Source: an uncultured Muribaculaceae bacterium (lineage in GTDB: Bacteria > Bacillota_I > Bacilli_A > RF39 > UBA660). Taken from it: a DNA stretch of 64,000 nucleotides. The DNA lies in the NCBI GenBank assembly GCA_964616485.1, contig CAZTRB010000001.1, positions 5,247 through 69,246 on the forward strand, in the 5' to 3' direction. Positions 61,514 through 64,000 of the stretch are shown here, in pieces. How positions within the stretch are numbered: position 1 is the first letter of the stretch; each line of letters begins with the position of its first letter. The notes beneath the pieces are model-generated. The model worked only from the letters and a program-made list of their open reading frames with translations, was not told the origin of the DNA and ran no database searches. The translations under genes and the position numbers were made by a program.

Positions 61514-62395
61514 ATGAATTATTTAGAAGAGTATTTAAAATATCTAAAATATCAGAAGAATTACTCTGATGATACGATATCTAGTTATAAAAAAGATATA
61601 ACGGAATTTTTAGGTTTTTTAAGTACTGAGTCTTTAGAACTCTTGGATATTAGATATGAAGATATTCGATTTTATTTAATGTATCTAGATAAACATAATA
61701 ATAAGTCTTCGACTGTTTCCAGAAAACTTAGTTCTCTTAGAAACTTTTATAATTATTTATTAAATGAATCTAAGATTAAAGCGAATCCCTTTACATTGGT
61801 AAAGATGCCTAAGAAAGAAAAGAAGTTACCGAGATTTTTTTATTATAATGAGTTGGAAAAATTATTTGAAGCACCTGATTTGACGACTCCTTTAGGACAA
61901 AGAAATAGACTATTATTAGAAATATTATATGCTTCTGGTGTTAGAGTAAGTGAACTGGTAAATATTAAAGTTAGAGACCTAAAAGGATTAGAGATAAAGG
62001 TTTTAGGTAAGGGTAATAAAGAGAGAATAGTTATTATTGGAGAATATGCTAAAGAGATATTAGATTTATATTTAAGTAGTGGTTATAAGAGTCTAAATAT
62101 CAAAGATAGTGAATATTTGTTTTTAAATAACAATGGTAATAAACTTACTACTAGAGGAGTTAGATATATTTTAGATAAAGTCATATCTGATACTTCTATC
62201 GGGAAGAAGATTTCTCCTCATATGCTTAGGCATAGTTTTGCTACTCATTTATTAAATGAAGGCTGTGACATTTTGTCAGTTCAAGAATTACTCGGGCATT
62301 CTTCGCTCTCGGCAACATCAATTTATACTCATGTAACATCTGATCGCCTTAAAGAGGTATATTACAGAGCTCATCCTAGAGCAAAGATAAAGTAG
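61514..62395 (+). CDS. Tyrosine site-specific recombinase, XerC/XerD family
   Basis: N-terminal SAM-like core-binding domain (..YSDDTISSYKKDI..F); catalytic R...H.LRHSFATHLL..G......LGH....T..Y. Confidence 0.88.
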   Translation: MNYLEEYLKYLKYQKNYSDDTISSYKKDITEFLGFLSTESLELLDIRYEDIRFYLMYLDKHNNKSSTVSRKLSSLRNFYNYLLNESKIKANPFTLVKMPKKEKKLPRFFYYNELEKLFEAPDLTTPLGQRNRLLLEILYASGVRVSELVNIKVRDLKGLEIKVLGKGNKERIVIIGEYAKEILDLYLSSGYKSLNIKDSEYLFLNNNGNKLTTRGVRYILDKVISDTSIGKKISPHMLRHSFATHLLNEGCDILSVQELLGHSSLSATSIYTHVTSDRLKEVYYRAHPRAKIK

Positions 62396-62406
62396 AGGTA
62401 AAAGTT

Positions 62407-62979
62407 ATGGCAAGTTTATTTTTTAGATATGGAGCAATGAATAGCGGTAAGACGACGCTTTTAATGCAAACTGCTTACAATTATGAAGAGCAAGATATGA
62501 AAGTCTTAATCGTTAAACCTAGTCTAGATACTAAAGGAGAAGAGAAGGTTGTTTCTCGAATAGGTATATCGAGAAAAGTAGATTTAATTCTAAGAAGAGA
62601 GGATAGCTTATTCGATCTAGTTAAAGCTAAAAAAGGCTATGCTTGTGTATTAGTCGATGAGGCACAATTCTTAACTAGAGAGCAAGTCGATGAAGCTCTT
62701 AGGATTACTTTTGAACTAAATATCCCAGTCATCTGTTTTGGGATTAGAACAGACTTTCTTTCAAATGGTTTTGAAGGGTCGATTAGGCTTTTAGAAATCT
62801 CTCATATTCTAGAAGAAATGAAGACTATTTGTACTTGTGGAAAGAAAGCGATATTTAATGCGAGATATGTAAATGGCGTTTTAGTTACAGAAGGAGACCA
62901 AGTTGCAATAGATGGAGAAAATATCAGTTATAAATCGATGTGTGCGAAGTGTTATAATGCTCAAAAAAAATTGAAATAA
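62407..62979 (+). CDS. tdk: Thymidine kinase
   Basis: P-loop GAMNSGKT, VDEAQF, Zn ribbon C.CG....R...C..C. Confidence 0.94.
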   Translation: MASLFFRYGAMNSGKTTLLMQTAYNYEEQDMKVLIVKPSLDTKGEEKVVSRIGISRKVDLILRREDSLFDLVKAKKGYACVLVDEAQFLTREQVDEALRITFELNIPVICFGIRTDFLSNGFEGSIRLLEISHILEEMKTICTCGKKAIFNARYVNGVLVTEGDQVAIDGENISYKSMCAKCYNAQKKLK

Positions 62980-63024
62980 ACGAATATATATGGTATTATT
63001 TGTTTATTAGTAGGAGAAACGTTT

Positions 63025-64000
63025 ATGTCGACAAAAGAAGAAGAGAGAGCACTAGTAAACTCTAGTGAAGTAAGACGTCTTGAAAAAACTTTAAACAAGA
63101 TTGAGATTGAAGAACAAAAGTTAATCGACGAGTTTGATTTAAATGCAGAGAGTATTTTAGGATTAGATATAATCTTAAAACTTTCGAAAGCAAACTTGTT
63201 GCCTTTTTCATCTCCTAGAGATATTCCGGGAAAAGGTTTAGCAAGACATCCGGGTATATTGACTAACTTACATAAATCAATGATAGCTGATCTCGGTCTA
63301 AGACAAGAGTTTGAAGATATGCTAAAAGCATGGTTTAAAGTAAAGACTGAAGCTCATAAAGAATTGTTTCAAATTAGTGAGAAGTTTTTGAAAAGTCAAT
63401 TGGAAGAAACTTTTGCTTTAGCTTCATTAGGAATAACGGCATTCCATAAACTTAGCGATATGCGTTTATACGATGTTCAAAAATTAGCGGGAATAGCTAT
63501 TGCTGAGGAAAACATGGTCGAAGTAAAGACGGGTGAAGGAAAGACTTTAGCCGGAGTTTTACCGACGTTTTTATATGCCCTAACGGGTCAAGGATCTCAC
63601 GTAATAACGGCTAACCCTTATTTATCAGAAAGAGATTACAACGAATTAAAACCTATTTATGAAGGTTTAGGTTTAACTTGTGGTTATGTAATAGAAAACG
63701 AGACTGATTTAGCTATTTCTAAAGGAATGAATTTATCAAATATTGATTCTAAAGAACTAGAAGCTTTAAAAAGAGAATTAAAAGATATAAAGAGAAAAGC
63801 TTATAACGCGGATGTTACTTTTGGTTCTAAAGCGGCCTTTGCTTTTGATTATTTAAGAGATAGTGCTGCTAAAAGTGCAGAGGATTTTGTTCAAAGAGAT
63901 AAAAATCCTGGATTTGCTTATGTAGACGAAGTCGATGATGCTCTTATCGACGATGCTGAGAGTCCTTATGTCTTGGGAGATAATATCCCAGTATACAATA
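63025..64000 (+). CDS. SecA-family ATPase, N-terminal 325 aa only (the ORF runs off the window); divergent
   Basis: My own translation of frame 1 from ATG 63025 (AGGAG SD). Motifs: MRLYDVQ, Walker A KTGEGKT (63526-63546), AYNADVTFG...FAFDYLRD, DEVDDALIDD. Not listed in the ORF track because it has no stop within the window. Confidence 0.75.
   Translation, partial: MSTKEEERALVNSSEVRRLEKTLNKIEIEEQKLIDEFDLNAESILGLDIILKLSKANLLPFSSPRDIPGKGLARHPGILTNLHKSMIADLGLRQEFEDMLKAWFKVKTEAHKELFQISEKFLKSQLEETFALASLGITAFHKLSDMRLYDVQKLAGIAIAEENMVEVKTGEGKTLAGVLPTFLYALTGQGSHVITANPYLSERDYNELKPIYEGLGLTCGYVIENETDLAISKGMNLSNIDSKELEALKRELKDIKRKAYNADVTFGSKAAFAFDYLRDSAAKSAEDFVQRDKNPGFAYVDEVDDALIDDAESPYVLGDNIPVYN

Noticed and set aside
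61514-62395. The tyrosine recombinase as the integrase of the 48.7-58.1 kb accessory block.
   Set aside because: It is separated from the block by the core genes miaB, ymcA and lexA. It has the size and motifs of chromosomal XerC/XerD, and no att-like repeats were seen.
1-64000. Alternative genetic code (UGA = Trp, Mollicutes-like), considered because of the very low GC content.
   Set aside because: TGA terminates several well-conserved genes at the expected length (for example rlmN at 3957-3959 and the rhomboid gene at 12529-12531), and Trp positions use TGG. Cell-wall genes (mraY, mltG, uppP, PASTA kinase) also argue against a wall-less mollicute.
1-64000. CRISPR arrays, IS elements or transposases, prophage modules, rRNA operons.
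   Set aside because: I found no regularly spaced short direct repeats, no transposase-, integrase- or phage-like ORFs apart from the Xer-type recombinase, and no rRNA-like sequence. The only sizeable repeat is the 49.4-52.3 kb tandem gene array.

Overview
This window is an AT-rich chromosomal segment from a low-GC monoderm (Bacillota-like) bacterium that uses the standard code: TGA acts as a stop, for example in the rlmN/prpC ATGA overlap, and Trp is encoded by TGG. About 65 CDS are present, almost all on the + strand. There are also 3 tRNAs (Arg-TCT, Lys-CTT, Ser-GCT) and one glycine T-box leader. Most of the window is housekeeping, and gene order repeatedly mirrors Bacillus subtilis blocks: rlmN-prpC-prkC-rsgA-rpe, lspA-rluD, yrzL(ireB)-ruvX-yrzB-mltG-yrrM-yrrN-yrrO...greA, rpsO-pnp, miaB-ymcA, and lexA with a divergent gene. 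Also present are tig, lysS, proS, glyQS, lon, uppP, mraY, gmk, tdk and a GT2/DUF2304/GtrA/polytopic-membrane glycosylation cluster. The clearly accessory part is a ~9.5 kb block (48.7-58.1 kb) directly downstream of tRNA-Ser. It holds a Lys-rich membrane-anchored protein and a tandem triplication (~1.03-1.04 kb period) of an unassignable exported protein. One copy of that triplication is frameshifted inside A7/A6 homopolymers, and the copies are separated by a near-identical structured spacer. The block also holds a two-gene operon encoding a signal-peptide/tail-anchored 239-aa protein and a 1318-aa secreted protein with about 45 cysteines, followed by an ankyrin-repeat protein. Other points worth a second look are a self-contained tandem paralog pair of unknown function (8.0-9.9 kb), a perfect 12-nt palindrome between divergent lexA and unknown-gene promoters, an unusually compact glyQS T-box, a long hairpin in the pnp leader, and a divergent SecA-like ATPase at the 3' edge. 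I saw no rRNA, CRISPR array, IS element, transposase or prophage genes. All family assignments rest on motif recognition from memory and synteny; no database search was run.
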